Source: an uncultured Alphaproteobacteria bacterium
GTDB lineage: Bacteria; Pseudomonadota; Alphaproteobacteria; Rhodobacterales; Rhodobacteraceae
Assembly: GCA_963773555.1 (NCBI GenBank)
Contig: CAVZCB010000031.1
Span: forward strand, 27,343-91,342
DNA: 64,000 nucleotides
Direction of reading: 5' to 3'
Each line of letters starts with the position of its first letter. Position 1 is the stretch's first letter. This document shows positions 62,504 to 64,000 of the stretch, piece by piece. The notes under the pieces were generated by a model that saw only the letters and a list, made by a program, of their open reading frames with translations, was not told the origin of the DNA and did no database searches. The position numbers and the translations under genes were made by a program.

Positions 62504-63808
62504 TCAGCCCTGTTCTCGGGCTTTCTGGCGCGCGCTGGGCATCCGGACCGGGAAGGGGAAGACCGGCCGATGCTCGGGCGCCGCCTCGAGCGCCGATATC
62601 CGGCGGCCGTAACGCCCGGCAAGCGGCGCCGCGGTGGCCCCGTGCAGCACGACGGACAGGACCACGGTCAGGAACACCACACGCCTGATCTCGTCCGCGC
62701 CCGGCACCGCCCCGCTCTCCAGCACCAGGAGCAGATAGATGATCGACGCCAGCCCCCGCGGCCCGAACCACCCCAGAAACAGCACGGTCGACGGTGCGAG
62801 CCGGGCGCCTGTAAGCGACAGCGCCACCGGGACCGCCCGCACCACCGTCAGCGAAAGTACCGCGTAGAGCAGATGTCGCCAGCCCAGCGCGTCGAGGTCG
62901 GGCAGGAGCACCGCCCCGAACAGGAGGAAGACGAGGAGGGTCAGGAGCTGGCCCTCGGTCTCGCCGAAATCCTCCACCCCGTCGAGAACCTGGCGCGAGC
63001 GTGTGCCGACCGCGAGGCCGCCGGCGAAGGCGGCGATGAACCCGTTGCCGCCCAGAAGCTCGGCGCCGGTGAAGGCGAGGATCGCGAGCGACAGGGTCGA
63101 GATTCGAAGGAAGATCTCGTTCATCCAGTTCCGCGCGTTCGCCCGTTCCACCAGCATCGCGCCACCAAGACCCACTCCGATGCCGACAAGTGGCCCGAAG
63201 ATGAGCTGCTCCGTGATGAACACCGCCCAGTCCGCGGCCCCGGTATCGACGCCGCCGACGCCGAGGTCTGCCACGGCACCGGCGCCGGCGAGCGAGGCCA
63301 CGAAGAGGAGCGCCGGGAAGGCGAGTCCGTCGTTCAGCCCGCTCTCGACGTTGAGCGCCTGTCGCACCCGCTGGGGCACGCGACGGTCGGAGACGACGGC
63401 CTGGCCCAGAGCCGCGTCGGTCGGTGCCAGCATCACGGCGATCAGCGCCGCGGACCAGAGGCCCAGCGCGGGAAACAGCAGCATCGCCAGCCCGGTGCCG
63501 GCGATCACGGTCAGGGGCAGCCCGATCGCCAGGAGGCGCAGCGGCAGGTCGTGCTCGCGGCCCAGCCGGCGCAGGTCGATGCGGGCGGCGTCGGTGAAGA
63601 GCGCCACGACGAGGGTGATCTCAGCCAGAGCCTGGATCCCCTCGCTCTGCAGCGACGGCTTGAACAGCCCGAGCACCGCGCCGCCCATCAGGAAGCCGAA
63701 GGCGGTGAACACCATCGGCGCGGTGACCATGCCCGCCTCGGCGCGCCGCGAGACGAGCGCAAAGAGGGTGACGCTCAGCGCGATGGTGAAGATGGCGGAA
63801 GTTTCCAT
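62504..63808 (-). CDS. Cation:proton antiporter (CPA1/NhaP-like)
   Basis: LFTDA, LAPTDAALG, NVESGLNDG, WFGPRGLASI. Confidence 0.92.
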   Translation of the reverse strand: METSAIFTIALSVTLFALVSRRAEAGMVTAPMVFTAFGFLMGGAVLGLFKPSLQSEGIQALAEITLVVALFTDAARIDLRRLGREHDLPLRLLAIGLPLTVIAGTGLAMLLFPALGLWSAALIAVMLAPTDAALGQAVVSDRRVPQRVRQALNVESGLNDGLAFPALLFVASLAGAGAVADLGVGGVDTGAADWAVFITEQLIFGPLVGIGVGLGGAMLVERANARNWMNEIFLRISTLSLAILAFTGAELLGGNGFIAAFAGGLAVGTRSRQVLDGVEDFGETEGQLLTLLVFLLFGAVLLPDLDALGWRHLLYAVLSLTVVRAVPVALSLTGARLAPSTVLFLGWFGPRGLASIIYLLLVLESGAVPGADEIRRVVFLTVVLSVVLHGATAAPLAGRYGRRISALEAAPEHRPVFPFPVRMPSARQKAREQG

Positions 63809-64000
63809 GATGGCGCCTTCGCGTTCGCAGTCAGCAGAGGGTGCTCCGGCGACCCGCTCGGTTCAAGGCAGTCCCGCTCCGGTCCAGGGCTTCGAAAGGG
63901 ACGTCGGCGGCACCTTGAACGAGCCGCTGCTGCAGGAGCCCGCGTCTCCCGCGGCAGCCCGGGAGGCGCGGGGCGTCCGAAGTAACGGTGCCGGGATGCA

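Overview
GC-rich (~70%) alphaproteobacterial chromosome segment; gene content and order suggest Rhodobacteraceae (inference). Bases 1-52,118 are mostly core or metabolic: asd, ornithine decarboxylase, a partial flagellar cluster (fliQ-fliE-flgC-flgB, fliI, DUF1217, flbT, flaF, flagellin), pntAB, wrbA, pdxH, glutaminase, pheT, sseA/aminotransferase, moeB-dut-coaBC, hom, glpX, recJ, two tRNA-Glu, hemE/hemC, idi, xylAB and tRNA-Leu. After tRNA-Leu(GAG) lies a decayed integrative element: a truncated large serine recombinase whose C-terminus reads back through the tRNA, nested IS21/IS630/IS66 insertions with recoverable ends and target duplications, a DNA-methyltransferase remnant, and ion/stress cargo. 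Several conserved genes (PQQ dehydrogenase, pdxH, pheT twice) carry single +1 insertions that are probably assembly errors. The best non-annotated signals are: (i) a ~270-300 bp highly structured element present twice in opposite orientation (25,481-25,783 and 46,849-47,121); (ii) a structured, possibly peptide-coding Arg-rich leader upstream of ornithine decarboxylase; (iii) two exact EcfG-type stress promoters; (iv) an orphan AT-rich palindrome/promoter between convergent genes. All calls come from reading the sequence; no database search was run.
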